This document shows positions 1 to 14,297 of a stretch of DNA of 64,000 nt, one piece after another. Within the stretch, counting starts at the first letter, position 1. Each line of letters begins with the position of its first letter. Source of the DNA: Phoronis australis (lineage: Eukaryota > Animalia > Phoronida); assembly GCA_002633005.1 (NCBI GenBank), contig NMRA01000028.1, positions 124,001 through 188,000 of the forward strand, written 5' to 3'. Position numbers and translations under genes: made by a program. The notes beneath the pieces were generated by a model. The model was not told where the DNA came from and did no database searches. It saw only the letters and a list, made by a program, of their open reading frames with translations.

Positions 1-1022
1 TGGAAGAAAACACTATTACTTACTACCTGATACTATTGCATTGTTCTTCTTAGCCCATGCCATATCTTTTGTGTTACTGGATGGACTCCTATTTTGTTAT
101 ACTTCTGTTTGTTTGTCTTCCCATTGCCAGACCACAGTAATGTCTGCTAATTGATTCTGCAGCTGCTGACTTCTTTCTCTTTGGTGTTTAAGTCTTCTGA
201 CTAGTATATATCAAATATACTAAACATATTGGCAAATATGTACTTTTAGAGAATTGAAATATATACTTATTGATCTTCTGATGGATAAAATTTAACGATC
301 TGGCATTTCTAGATCAAGCTAGAGTCCCCGGTTCTTTTTGTCACATAGTAGTTTCGTTTTGTACAGCCTTGTTTGTTCCAAACTGGCAAGAACTGCATGA
401 ATGATAAGTCTTTTGATACAGTGAGCTTTTAAGACTGAAATTCTTAAAGTTGCTGAATCCGTAGCTTTTACCTTTTTAGTTTGGTATTGACATAATGTTT
501 TTAGTGAACACAATTAACTTTTACAAAAGTAGGCAGTCTTACGATCACAGCTAATAAATATTCAGTTGAAGTGTGTCTCATGTGACCTAACACGAAAAAT
601 GCAGCCAGTGGCAGTATGCCAAGAGTTTTGCATCTAAGCATCTACTAATGAGATGTTGCATAAATCATGCTGCTTAAGTCATGGTCGAGCAACAGATACC
701 CGGGGTGGGAATGGTGTAGAATAAGGGCCCCGGGGAAATGTCATAGTAAAGCCAAGGTAGAGAAGATGGAAACTGAAATGTTTCTGACCACGGTGATCGA
801 TCGGCTTCCTTTTGTAAATATCGGTAACTATTTAACTATTCTGGAGGTCTTGATAATAGTCGGATATAATGTGCCTGTATTTTGAAAACCAGTTTTCTCC
901 ACTGAATAACGGGCATCAAATTGGTCCTCAGAATTTGGCACGTTATATCTGACTGTTGCTGAGGTTTCATTGGAGGTCTTCCCGTTTTCCATGACACAAA
1001 TTGTGCAACACCATGACTGAAA

Positions 1023-1837
1023 CAAGATCATGGGCGACACTATTAAGTGGTCCTTGCCAAAAGGCGTTGAAATGAATGATCAAGCATATGCACGTGCACA
1101 TCGAAATTCATTTGACATTAGGTTACCATTTTTTTCAGATCTCTATTTTTAGTGGCACCAAATAAATTTTCCATGATTATTGTTTGAGAATACAAGGATA
1201 CACTTGGCGTTTTGGGTATTTTTTGTTCCAGGATCTAAAAGCATATGATTCGTTTTGATGTATAACATGTAAAAAATTGAGATTTTAGTCATATTTTGTG
1301 TGCTAGCAAGGCCCACCAACTTTAAGAAGTATGTCATCTGTGGTGAATTGCTCATTGCAGCACTCACTTTACATGAATCTTCTTTTTAAGCATTCTAATG
1401 TTGGAATAACTCGCAGGTCACCTGTCATTNCAAGATCATGGGCGACACTGTTAAGTGGTCCTTGCCAAAAGGCGTTGAAATGAATGATCAAGCATATGCA
1501 CGTGCACATCGAAATTCATTTGACATTAGGTTACCATTTTTTTCAGATCTCTATTTTTAGTGGCACCAAATAGATTTTCCATGATTATTGTTTGAGAATA
1601 CAAGGATACACTTGGCGTTTTGGGTATTTTTTGTTCCAGGATCTAAAAGCATATGATTCGTTTTGATGTATAACATGTAAAAAATTGAGATTTTAGTCAT
1701 ATTTTGTGTGCTAGCAAGGCCCACCAACTTTAAGAAGTATGTCATCTGTGGTGAATTGCTCATTGCAGCACTCACTTTACATGAATCTTCTTTTTAAGCA
1801 TTCTAATGTTGGAATAACTCGCAGGTCACCTGTCATT
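1023..1837. repeat. 407-bp near-exact tandem duplication split by a single N (1430); probable assembly overlap or allelic artefact
   Basis: 1023-1429 is repeated at 1431-1837 (offset 408) with about 2 substitutions; the junction is exactly the lone N. Confidence 0.85.
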
Positions 1838-4207
1838 GGCTCCATTTTGTTAGTTCACCATGTGTTCTTGTGTTCATGTTCAACCACAGCTCACTATGCT
1901 CTTCTGTTGGACTCTACTGCTTTTTATGAAATTAAGCTATTTGTCGCAAGAAATGCTTTCAGGTGTGGTTTATAAGGATTTAGGTGAAGTGTCCATTCTT
2001 TCAAAATTAGGCAAATTTTTGTCCAAAATTGGTTCGATGTTACGGTAAAATCACACAATGTCAATTTAGAGGTCCACTTTTTTACCTTTTTGTTACAAAA
2101 ACTTCAAATCCTGGTTAATTGAAATGTACTGGCTGGTAATCTCCACTAATGTTCAGCTGATGGGACTTCTAAACAACTGTCCAGGAATAACAAATTAGCA
2201 ATGTTTTGTCAGATTGAATAATGAGGTGATAAGAAAGTGCATTTCTAACAGGGGGATGTTTTCAGATTGTTCCCTTGCATTGCATTTTTGACCTGGGACT
2301 TTGCAGATGGTCACAGACATTGTAGAAACTTATCTTGTGACATTTGGATTTTTACAAACTAGGGATTTTCTGTTTTTGTGTTTTGCAGATGTCTTTTTAT
2401 CTTTTTAATTTATAGAAGCTTTATGTGACTATGTGGGATTGTAGCTTGTGGTCTGCCTGACATTTTATATCCTTGATGGAGATTTTGTTTGTAAGTTTGT
2501 TACCAAGATTGCTATTTCATGTTATGCCCAAGATGAAAATCTGGTATGGTGAACATTATTGATCATTTTGGGACAAAAATAAGTACTAAAATTATCATAT
2601 TTCACTTCCTGAAATTTTGCACTAAGTGTCTGTATAGTAAAAACATTGCTGCAAACGGAGTCAAATTTTCTTAAAAGTTGCTGCAAATCGCTTTCTGCTT
2701 CAAAAATCTACTTTTGAGTTTAGACCACTTATTGTTATGAAATTGGACTCAAATTGATCCTTTGTCAAAATGGAGGTGAATTGAGGGCTTTGAAAGAATT
2801 GGAAGTTTGTCAAATTATTTAAACCTGACTCTCTACATGTTGGCTTGAGGTGGCGTGTTATTTTAGACACCTAGCATGGCCTCCTCTATGCAAACCTATA
2901 AATCGCCTCTCATATGAATAAGTAGTCGGTCGAGATTTATCATTTTTATTGTGATCAGTGAACAAAATCAAAAGTTCGCTTCTTGGATGGAACTCTGGTC
3001 GAAAGTCGCTTTAACTATTCTTGTTGAAACAATTGGCAACTGAGGAAGTTCTATGTTGCCGCCTTAGTTTGTTTTAAATGAGAATTTTTGGATTACTTGT
3101 CAGATTCATGAATTAAGAACGTTTTAGGGGCTGGTGCCAACAATGCTCTGGCAAGACTTCTAAATTTGAAGTGGCAAGTTGTGAATCTCTAATTTTAACA
3201 TCTGGACTCCGTGAACTCCAGAGATAGAAGTTGGTATTGTGTGTTCCGGTATTGTGTGTTCGGTCCTACTTCAGGTGTCACCTGATTTGTCAAGAGGCAT
3301 TTAGGATTCTGTCTACTGATCTGTAGTTCCACTTCCATTTCGTTCTTCTGTAAAATGAGACAACTATATGTTTATAGGCGCATACAGCAGGTTTGGTTTG
3401 AAGTACTGAATGAACCAACCTGTAAGTAAATGCACTCCATTCTCCTTGTTTATGTTATGCACTTAAAAGTGCTGTCTGTATTGAAAAGGCTGATGTCTGC
3501 GGACAGTTGAATTAAACCACAGATGTGAAAATGTCCTTTCATTACAAGTCAGTTGTTGTATATGCAGTGCATACAATTGATTTTCAGTGCATGTTTTACC
3601 AAAGTAAAGCTGCTTGTATTGTTGGTGGAAGTTTCATCTAATTCTCCTGCTTCTTCTGCAATTGCGCGTAAACGTGGAAAATTTTAACAACTATAAATAG
3701 GGTAGCTCCTTTAGGTAACACTCCTGATCTGTTCGCATATTTTGTGTTATGCAGCAGTCGTTAATGACAGCCTATGAAAAACAGAAAGATAGCCACTTTT
3801 CGGTTGGTTTTATGGTTAATCTGTCACAGCGATGATTATTGAACCTATGCTTTCTGTTAAAACATGATTTATTTATGCCAGTTACATTTACAAAATTGGT
3901 CTAAGTTGTTCCTAAGTCAAAACAGGCGTGATTTCTAGGCTGGGGACAAATTGACAGTTAATTACTTCTTCAGAACAAGCTCATGTTGTGACCTGAAATT
4001 TTGTGAACCAGTAATGAACTGTCAGTTGTTCTGAATGCCAGAGATCACTTCTGAACTGGCAAGACCACTCTTATAATGGTGTGTGACATAATCAAACCTT
4101 TTTTGATTGACAATGGGTTTAATGGCAGTTTTATGCCTGTTTATATGACATTAAGTCACCTTGCCCGTTGGTGAAGGTGTTACCACAAAATTCTGTTTCC
4201 CCAAGTC

Positions 4208-4363
4208 CAGTGGTGTAGTGGTAAAATTAGAGGTAAGTAGGCTCCCAAAGCCCACCGTATCACCTTGAGCGCTGAACGTAAGTTACAGTGTGTAGGCGCT
4301 ACGTTCAAATGCCAAAAGGTGGTTGGCTGCGCCTATGTGCTCCTACGCCCCACTACAGCACTG
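4208..4363. mobile_element. hAT-type MITE (156 bp)
   Basis: TIRs CAGTGGTGTAGTGG / CCACTACAGCACTG; perfect 8-bp TSD CCCAAGTC (4200-4207 and 4364-4371). Confidence 0.85.
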
Positions 4364-4714
4364 CCCAAGTCGCATTCTCAATTTCATAAGCAAGGTGACA
4401 TTCAAATTAGTTTTACGTTATTCAAATCTGGTATTTCTTCAATCTTATTGATATGGAAAAGTCTGTGTGTTTAATTGATATTTTCCCAGATTATAATTTC
4501 ATTCCTTTCTGGTACCGTTGCATGCTTTAAAATTTAACATTTCTTTTGATAAAAGACCGTTAGCCATTTTAATGGTAGTGAAAAGAATTTGATGTGGGAA
4601 CATGTACAAGTCGTGGGCAAAAACAATGTCAAATTTGCCATTTTTCATTTTTCAAAGGCTTGCAATGTTGCGAATGCCCAAAATTTTTCAAAATACTGTC
4701 TAGTGATAGCTGTG

Positions 4715-5400
4715 GTACCATTGATTTTCGGACGGGTCTGACAACTGCGTCACCCCTAGTAGCCATTTTGTGTTGTTGCGTTTGAGGCCAAATCTCATCA
4801 ATTCTATCCTTTGAGGGAGCTTTGTGACATTTGAAAGATGTACTCCTATGGAGCTGACGACGAATGGTAACAAGTGTCGAAGTGATTCAAATACCGCTGT
4901 GCCTCCTAGTGGCATAATGTTTTTTACGCTTGCCTATGTATTATACAGATACTATCTTCGTAGTTCTTTTATGTATTTTCATGAAATTCAGTAAATATGT
5001 TCATGTTAAGCAGATAACAATGCCGTCCCATTTTTGGACTGATTCGATGTTTTCTGCACTACCTGGTGGCCATTTAAACATTTGTGTGTAAGCTTTTGAT
5101 GTCTGCCTCTCTATCTGCCAAACTGGTCAAAGGATCATTTTGAAAACTGACGGTTGTGTTTCTGTTGCGAAGACCCTGGGTGACGTTGATTTTCGGATGT
5201 TTTCGACTATTCTGGTGCCTCCAAGGTGCAATTTGCTTATTTGCGTCAATGGTTGTATTGTTAACCCTTTGAAAGATTTTTGCAACATTTGTTAGAAGGG
5301 CTCCTATATAGATCGCAACAGAAGATGATAAGTTTCAGACCAATCAGACTACAACTGTGTTCCCCCCATGTGTCAAGTGGGTTTTTTTTGCATTTACCTC
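4715..5400. repeat. Diverged direct repeat, period about 470 bp
   Basis: Colinear motifs TTGATTTTCGGA...TTGCGT...CCTTTGA...ACATTTG...CTCCTAT start near 4720 and again near 5186. Confidence 0.45.
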
Positions 5401-5772
5401 TTTATCTTGAGGGTTCCTTGGCTTATTTTCATTAAATTTGGCAAATAGTTGTGACTTACGGAAACGGCACCACCATATCAATTTGGACGGGTTTGATGCA
5501 TTCCGTGCCTTCTAATGGCCATTTTTATGATATTAAACACATGTACTGTTTGCGGTGCTGTTGTGGGTGCATATCAAGGTACTGCCCCATTGCTCCTCTT
5601 AAAGTAAGCTGGGCATTGTGGTGTTTGAATACCACACGGCAATGTCATATGGATCCTATTGTTGCTAGCTGTGACAACATTATATTTGTTAAATATCTTT
5701 GTTATTGTGTGTGCACAATGAAGTTGGTTTTGTGGATATTTTAAGGAAACTTTTCCTTAATATTCATTTTAG

Positions 5773-5983
5773 CTCAAGAAGCGAAAGTTGGACAGTACAA
5801 GTAGCGCCACCAGTGAGGCAGCTGACCAGCCATCAGCCTCCTATGTCAATACTGAGTGTGAGTCTCCAGCAACGAAACGAACCAAGTCAGAGAGTGAAGC
5901 CCATGTATCAGTACAGATATACCAAAAATCATCTCAGCCAGACAGCCATATAAATGTAACTGTTAGCTCAACATTTAAGTCAG
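5773..5983 (+). CDS. mam: Mastermind-like protein, internal coding exon (LKKRKLDSTSS...VSVQIYQK...INVTVSSTFKS)
   Basis: Acceptor ttttAG at 5771-5772, donor G|GTTTGT at 5984, phase 1 matching the exon at 9063. The KRKL and SVQI..Q/NVTV motifs resemble the region following the mastermind basic helix. Confidence 0.8.
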
Positions 5984-7222
5984 GTTTGTGTCTTTATTAT
6001 CTTTATGAGAAGGAGAGCAACACAGCGTTCACATGCTCCCCACCCCTCTGCTTGCTTATATCGATTCTACATCTGAACGCAGTATTAGTGCTTAATGCTG
6101 ACTGACCGATTGTACACACATTCATAGCATGGACTAGTCCTGAATTAAAAAACCCACAGTAAATTTGCTGAAATGAGCACTTAAAGTCCTTCTCTCAAAC
6201 TGCCCATGTGCTTCCAGTATCCGAAAATACTTATTACATAAATTCTTATTTCCGACACCCTTTCTTTATATTCTTTTTGCCTTTCTTGCCAAAAGCGATT
6301 TTTTTTAACAGTATTTGACCCTTCTCTCTGAGCGTATGATTACCGGTTGTCATCGGTTATTTCCGTTCCCACATTTCCGGCTCATCAGTTCAGGAACTTG
6401 TCCTGAACACCGCCATTTTTTCCTTGTAACTGAATGTGCTATGGCTTGCTCGAAAAGTCTTCATTATTTTGTTTTATTAGTAATATATCGTGATTCGTTT
6501 ACATATGTAGTGTATTTATAGTTTGTAGTTAGTGGTCGTTGATTTTTTTGGAATGTTACGCGTACTTAGTATGTTAAAATAGCATTGGTGTTTAGTTCCT
6601 TACGTAGGCGGGTCGAACCTAGGAACCAATATGGGTCGAACCAATTTTTTTTGGTTTTATTTTTTTCCTCGTTTTGAAAAAGTACTTTGCTATCATCGGA
6701 AAGGTAGTACATTCTACTCAGTAAAAATCGAAAAAGTATCAAAATCGGGGCAAGCACTGTAAAGTTATTGCAAGTTTTGTGGCGAAATTTGGGTCACTTT
6801 GTTTGGATCGCGTCGGCCATATTGGAGGACAGCGGGATGAGTTACGAGTTTAAAACTTTGTGTAAATTGTTTTCGCCAACAAATTACGGTAAAATTTAGT
6901 TAGACATATCTTTACTTACTATTCTGCACGATTTAGCAGTGTTCACCAAATTTCAGCCTCGCAGTTGTTACTCATTAAGTGATAAATGTGCTCACAATTC
7001 CCGTTGGACTTCGATCGTCTCATTTCTGGCGGCACCTACAATGTCGACTTTTGCTGAACTGAAAGGCATGTTCAATCGGCTACTTTGTAATTTGTGAAGA
7101 TTTAACGTTGATACATTTTGACAAACGTTGCTACAAAAAAGAAACTTTGTTCAATTTTCGTGTTTTTTGTGTTTGTGGCCAGCGACCAGTTAGGCCTAAG
7201 GGTAGTCTTGGCGCAAAGCTGT

Positions 7223-7374
7223 CTTGCGTTCAGTAGACGCTAGGACCTACGCTAGGACCTTGCTAAAACCTAGTCAAAGTCACATGTTCTCATTTAAAAT
7301 ACACGGCAATATCTCACGTAATCTCGCGAAGTCTTGCTTCTTAGCGAGGTCCTAGCGCTACTGAACGGGAGGCT
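7223..7374. mobile_element. Short (~150 bp) TIR element, copy 1 of 3
   Basis: Imperfect TIR CGTTCAGTA..CGCTAGGACCT / AGGTCCTAGCG.TACTGAACG; homologous inverted copies at 18758-18894 and 58454-58605. Confidence 0.8.
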
Positions 7375-9004
7375 GTATAGGCCTACTAACAAGCTGTATT
7401 TTGACTATAGTCTTCACTGGTAGCTGGTGACTGAGGCTAACTAAGGTCTGCCGCGGCAGTGTGACACAGGACTAACCAGCCCGTAATTTCATGCAAGTGT
7501 CTGAAACTACCCTTGAATATATGCAGCATTTATCATTTGACCATTTTACTTCGACAAAACAGCTTGCAACCGCATGCATTTACCGTTCGCCAGTGTCTGG
7601 TCTCGATCCGCACCGGGTCCGATAGGCTGCGGTCCCGAGTCTAGCAAAATAATTTCTGTCAAAATTTATTCGCCACATTTCTTCAGCAAATTCCATAAAA
7701 TTGTCCGTAGTTTGATTTTATCAAAATTAAGGCGCGCTGTCGATTTTTTTATCCCCGTTTGCTGGCTGGTAACAGTACAGGCACTGCTCCAGTCGCACTG
7801 ACGGCGTTTTCTCGGCCTGGGTTCCTGAATGAATTGTACTTCCGGGTTCGCGGCAAGTTCAAAATGGCGGTGTTTCTTCGGGTGCGAATCGTGAGTGGCG
7901 CGTTCATTTAAACTTTTTTCGAGTACGGATCGTGTATTAGTTATGGGGTAGGTACTTCTTGGTTCCTTATAGCATCTTCTAACCATGTAATAAGGGTTAA
8001 GAACGCGTGAGAGAAGGACTTTAAACCAAGGCTGAGATCTGATTGTGTTCCGTCAGTTTAAAAATGTAAATATTAAGTTCATGTTTGGCCTGGGGCATAT
8101 TATTATTTAGTAACATCTCTCTGAATAAAAACGGAGGCTCACGACTTATATCTGTTACAAATAACATCTTTGTTAATGATTTTACGAAATGCAAAACACA
8201 ATCGTCAGGTATCAGTGTAATGCAAAACACAATCGTCAGGTATCAATGTATGACATACTTTATTCGAACTGAGCAATTCAGGTGAGAGTCCAGTATTTCG
8301 AGATGGGGTTGATGCTTGACAGGTGTTCAAATTGAGATCAACACAGCTTTTTACAGGAAATATATTAACATATATTGTTTTGTCAAATTTCCTTTAAAAA
8401 TTTCAAGAAAAGGGCTTGATCATTAACATGGCCTGCTCTGCACAGTTGTCGTCAAATTGCAAATGGTAAAATTTTCAACATTTTGGCCATGGGCTTTAAC
8501 AATTGTTTCTGTGCAAAATTGAAGAAGTAGTTAGCAAGGTTTGCGTCATACAATGTAACTACAGACATTTACAATCTGTTGGATTGTGCTAATAGGTCTG
8601 ACAATTAGTTTATACATAAAGCTATGATTGATAGCCTTGTTGTTAGAAGAAAAAGTAATTGACATTTATCTGCCGTACTTTTATCTCTTAACGTATGAGT
8701 TGTTGCCCGACACTGATGACATAATATATTTTTCATTTTGTCAACATATTCATATTTGAAATTTCCAGTCTGAAATGTAGTCATGTATGTGTGATAGTCT
8801 GCAAGAACTGTGGTGTTTTATGTCAGTATGGTAACTTAAATATGTTTTGCAACAGTCATGACTTGTTTGAATTGGGAAAAGAACTAAATGCTCATATTTG
8901 AATCTACTTCTCTACCATACTGGTTAGGGTTCCAGTTATGAAGTTGTTTTAAAATGCTTAAACAAATTTGCATACTTGTTATCTCAGAGTGTTAGTATCT
9001 TGTT

Positions 9005-9008
9005 CTTG

Positions 9009-9036
<28 letters not shown>
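9005..9036 (+). repeat. (TTG)n microsatellite in the intron just before the mastermind acceptor
   Basis: About 10 TTG units seen directly. Confidence 0.9.
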
Positions 9037-9039
<3 letters not shown>

Positions 9040-9062
9040 TCACTTGCTTGGTGTTGTTTTAG

Positions 9063-11197
9063 GTAACACTAGCTCGCCAAGTGGGCAACAGATTCACACG
9101 TCAACAAGCGTGGAGTGTAAAACAGAACCAAAGGAAGAACCAAACCCTAACAGTGTATTGTCCCCACATGGCTCAGAGAATGATCTTGACGATATCCTTG
9201 ACTTGATTTCGAATGAGACCATTTTTGACAAGGACCTGCAGAACTTACTGGAAAACGCTGGAAGTCTGGATAGTGAAGAAATTCCAGAAGACCTGAATAT
9301 GTTCAGCCCAGGCTCCATGCATCATGCAGGCAGTCCCTTGGTGCCACCTCCTGAGTACAGTGACTCTCTGGGTGGGCATCCAGATAAGCATAGCCATAAT
9401 AGAAACAATACTAATAATAATGGTAATAATTTAAATGGTGTGCATCGTACACCACCTGTATCTATGGCAACAACTTCACCATTACCGGGATATCAGCCAA
9501 CACCTGTGCCACATTCGATGCCTCCATCATCTCAGGGACACCCGCAGGCCACGCCAGTGTCTGCGCCCTACTTTAACCAGCCCACTGGCCCTGCTGCTGA
9601 GACTCTCAAACAACTGGCCATGAAGAACTCCCAAGGGAGTAGCATGATGAGCTACCAACGCCAGGGCAGCTTCACTGGCTACTCTGGTCAGTCAAACTTC
9701 AATGGACCTGCACCGCCGCCCACTCCTGCCAATGTATGCTCGTTCAACAGCCCTGTGGGGCCAAGGCAGACAATACGTCATAAAGGCCCAGAAGGGTTAT
9801 CTTATGGCGGTACCAAGCCATTGTCTCATTTCTCCGAGCCTATGGCACGACAGCCAATGAGACCACCACACATGGTCCATCCCCAGTCTCAAGGAGGCCA
9901 CCTACAGGTGAACCACATACCTAGCATGGTAGCCAATGGTCACTCAGTAGATGCCAGACAGCATGTCCAAATGAGCCAACAAATGCAGGCTCGCCTACAG
10001 GGCCGCGGTCATCTCAGCATGTCTCAGCAGCAATCCTTCACCCTGGCTCAATCACAAGAGGCTGCATTGCTCAGGAATGAGCAGATCAAGATGAAGATGC
10101 TGCAGCAACAGAAGCTTCAGCAGGAACACCAGCAACAGCAACAACAGCAGCAGCAACAGCAGATGCAGGCAGCTGCCATGAACGTGCAGTACCCTAACCG
10201 ACCTCCACCAGAGTATAAAATGCCTCAGGGTAATGCTACAGCTTACCAACTGTCAGCTCAAGGACAGCAGGGCTCCAATCATCCTCTGCAGCCCATTCAG
10301 AACATGATCAAGCAGACCAGTGAGACATTCAGCAGTGCCATGCAGCAAGGTGGCATATATGGCACTGTCAAGACTGAGAACCCTGGCCAGCCAGTCACTT
10401 CCATGCAGGCTCAAGGAAATGGCCAGTCTCAGCCTCTCACCCATTTGCCTCCAATGAGAAATAGTTCTCCCCACATTTCGGGACCTCACCACGATGGTTT
10501 CCAGGGGCAGCAGATTGCTAGGCAGCAGAACTTCTCAATGAAATTACCTCAAGGTGGGCCACATAGTATTCAAGCCGGTCAAGTGCGTCCAATGAAGCCT
10601 GTTGCACCAACGTACACAAGTGCACTGATGCGCAACGAACGTCCTCCAAATGTAGACGTTGGTCCAACAGGTTTGAATATATCCCAGCAGCGGACATTAG
10701 CTGGAGAGTGGGCTCCTAGAGCCATTCCGCCTAACTACCAGCCACCCATGGTCAATATGGCTGCTCGAGTACCTGTCCAATATGGATACCCATCACAGCA
10801 GGCTGGTCCCAGGGGGTCGCCCATGGGGTCCACCATGCACCCCCAACACCATGTCAACATACAGATGGCTCAGCAACAACAAAGTATGATGCGGGCTTCC
10901 CACACCAACGCTGCTGCTTCACTTCAACACGATCAAATGTTGCTGCAGCAAAGGCAGCAGCAACAGCAGAGTTTGCGCATAACCTCTGATCACGCACGTG
11001 GACCACCTCTTTCGTCACGCACGGTCAACATGTCTGCCAGTCAGAGCGTGTCATTTTCCCAACCGCTCGGCAGCCATGGTGATAACTTTCCAAATTTGGA
11101 CTTCCTGGACAATGCTCAGCATGGCGGTGGAGATTTCCTGGACCAAATGGCACAGTCAGGAGAGTATAATTTACTGGATGATATCCTGGGCACGTGA
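9063..11197 (+). CDS. mam: Mastermind-like Notch co-activator, large last coding exon (~711 aa, Q/P-rich)
   Basis: Long ORF after acceptor ttttAG (9061-9062). Motifs typical of invertebrate mastermind: VECKTEP, acidic DLDDILDLI, AAETLKQLA, YGGTKPLSHF, poly-Q, RPPPEYK, RPPNVDVGP, acidic C-terminus NLLDDILG. Confidence 0.88.
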
Positions 11198-13995
11198 AAT
11201 TTGGCTTCATGAAGTTAATGTCACATTAACTTTGTGAATATGTAGATTAGCTTATGTCTACAAATGACTCATAGTAACCAGCTTCAGAGTGCCTGAACAT
11301 GTTTGTTCAATAGTGTAGGATAAGAAACCTAGGAACACCTGTGAATTTATTGTGCATATTTTCAAGGATTATTATTTTAAGATATAGTTCATCTGGTAGT
11401 CAATAGGGGACAAAACAATGTCCATGTCACCATGTTGATGTGCTGTATCTGCTATACTGTGCTATTTCTCAACAAGAATTCAAATGTCACGAATAAAGAA
11501 GACCTTAATATTGATTTGACATCAATTCCTGATGCCACTGATTCAGTACTTATTGTGCTGAGCCAGGCTACACCCAAACCAGTTTAACACCCAATGCAGT
11601 TCATAGTTATGCCAGTCATCGTGAAGTGTGACCCTGTTATGTGATTCAATATTTGGGTGTAACCTGTTCTGTCTAACTGACAAAAAGTCAATAATTTGTC
11701 TGACTTATTTGACCATGTAGAGAGGCTAGTTGTGCATCCAAGGTGTACATTTCATGCTGTCTTATCTTGGCTGTGAAACCAGTCTTAATTTTTGCATCCA
11801 ACATTTGAGAAAAAAACTCTTTTGCTGGCCTGGACACTTAATGAACTTTGCAAGCCATTAATGAGTCCCAGGTGAATTTTGGTGGTGGGCAGAGGTCCAT
11901 CTGTACACCTCCTACTGTGCACTAATGTTCCTGGCTTGTGCAGGGTTGAGTCTCTCAGTTATAAGAGATGGTTACCATATGGTTAATCATAACACCATGG
12001 TTAGCTGCGTTATTTAATTGGAAGTGATATCTGTTATGGGTGATGGTGCAAGTTGCTACTAAGCTATTAGATTGTGAAAACAGTCGACTGATTGAGTCAA
12101 ATTCAAAATTTGCAGCAAATGACTAAGGCGGTGTTAAACCTGCCTGTTGTCACAAAAAATCGGACAACTTAGCATTTTAGATTTGGTATCAAATTGTCCC
12201 TTAGTCAAAATATGGTGTAACTTTTCATAGGTAGATCTAGGATTTTTTAAAAGGGGATTTCAGATCAAAGATTTTATAAAAGAGGGTTCCAAGTCAATAA
12301 TCTGTCTGTTGACTTATCATAGGCTGTTGTGGTGTTCTTCAAGCATGGTCTCAAGGAATAACGAACTATCAGTTTGCTGCAAGAGCAAAAATATTTCGAT
12401 CTGAGCACGAAACAACTTGTTATCAACCCTATGTGGTCTTAATCAATAGTTAGTTTCTTGGATGGTTTACTGTTGCTTTAACAGGGCCATGCACTCCAAG
12501 ACATGGTTAGTTGAAGGTATCACCTGGCCGAACATAATCTCCTACTGTAATCCTGAACAACTGAGAGAAAGTAAGTGATTTGTTTTTTTAATTGACTAAT
12601 GTTGGTATGTTACCTTTAAGTACACCAACTCTTCTGTTAAGAACCAAGATAGGGGTGGCTGTGGGGTCACTATCGATCTATGAAGAGCAACTAATTTATA
12701 TTTTTTCTAAAGTGAAATTGTGTTCGGAGCAGTGGTTGTGTAATTTAAATTTGTTTTATCAACGCTTGCATTTCCTGTGCAGCTCATTGAAACTGTGTTG
12801 TGGAGCAATGAGACAGTTGCAGCCAAAAGATCAAGTGATAAACATGAGTAAACTTAATTACAGTTGATCCATTGCCCGGAGTTACTTCTTAATTGACAGT
12901 TATGCCATCGACTACTTCTTCGATGTCTCTTGATAATTTCAGTTTAAATCAATAGAGTACTGATGCAGAATAGTGCTAGAATCAATGATTAGATTGTGGC
13001 GCAACAGTGACTGACCTAAATGAGGTGAATCACAGCGGGGTTACCGTTCTAAGTTATGATGTTGTGACTGCACTGTGCCCAACTGACCTACTTTCATTCG
13101 GGCAGCAGACAGGCTGTTCGTTCAGAGCGGATGGCAGTTCATGAATCAGGTTGTTGCTTCAGAAAGCGAGTTCATTCTTGCTAGTAATGGGCCTAGTGAT
13201 AGGAGAATGTTTCTGAATTTGTTACTTAGGATTGTTTTGAACGAACCAGATATGGTTTGAACTACTATTCCACCCATGGTGGTGACCTTTAATTTTTTAA
13301 CTACAATAATTGATGAAATTTTCATTTGTTCTACTTGACATCGACACAGTTGAACATGCCTAAATATCGTGTGTTAAGTGGGTAGTGCAATTGGTAGCTT
13401 GTCGTGCTTTACGGTGCGTTTCCAGGACCTTTGGGGCGTTCACAGTAGGCTCTTGATGCGTCGTTTTTCCATTCTGTCCTCGACGCGTTGTCATCACAAA
13501 CAGCTTACTTCGTTCTGCATCTTGCTGGACATGGGGATGTGTTGCGCGATATACTCTCTCGGTGTGTCGACAGTTCTCATCCAGCCACCTCACCGGCTAC
13601 TGACGAACATCCGTTTTTTTGCCAATGGCTTATTCAGTATTAAATTTTCTATTAATATCCAGAACTGATCCTTTTCGAAAGTATAGCCAAGTTATAGAAG
13701 TGTTCTGGTCTAAGACAGAAAATGTTATTGATTAGGCCTGCTCTCTAAAGCCAGGAGTTCACCATATCGGAGTTTTTACTCGTGTAAACCTGTCTGTATC
13801 TTTTGCTTGTATATAATATATTTCATACAATGCTTAATGTAATGGTGTATATATGTATGTATATATATCGAGTTTTATATGTATTTTTATATGCACAGAT
13901 TGATCTATTTTCAGGAAGTTATTCAATGCACGTGTCCAAAATTGTACTGAGCGCCACTTACCAGCTTTGCACGTGACTTAATTTTGTTGTCTTCT

Positions 13996-14297
13996 GGGGT
14001 CTGTTTCATGAAATGTGACTTACAACTTAGGCAAAAATTTTGTCTTACGCTCCACATAACTATTTCTGAAAAATAATCATTAAATCTCACTTTAGCAAAC
14101 GAAAAAAGGCAATTGAAAATATACCCGGGTAGCTGTTACGTTTCTGGCAGCATTTGTTCACGTTATTTCCAGGCAGTTGTCTGCTAATGAATTACATGTC
14201 TAACGAATTACATGTCTAATATTTGGTAATCGTAAAGTCGGAGCATTAGACCAAATTTCTGTCTAAGTCTTGAGTCACTTTTCATGAAACGAACCCC
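13996..14297. mobile_element. PIF/Harbinger-like MITE in the probable mastermind 3' UTR
   Basis: ~45-bp imperfect TIR GGGGTCTGTTTCATGAAATGTGACTTACAACTTAGGCAAAAATTT / AAATTTCTGTCTAAGTCTTGAGTCACTTTTCATGAAACGAACCCC; the 3-bp TSD is imperfect (CTG/CTA). Confidence 0.7.

Noticed and set aside
1149-1775. Two near-identical 72-aa ORFs suggesting a tandem gene pair
   Set aside because: They come from the duplication around the single N, which is most likely an assembly or haplotype artefact, and show no protein features.
4593-6373. Two TGTGGGAA CSL sites in mastermind introns (4593 on +, 6366 on -), suggesting autoregulation
   Set aside because: A few such 8-mers are expected by chance in 64 kb; they are unpaired and lie in repeat-like DNA.
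9008-9062. Apparent signal peptide MLLLLLLLLFIHLLGVVLG on the 729-aa ORF
   Set aside because: It is a translated intronic (TTG)n tract before the acceptor at 9062; mastermind is nuclear.
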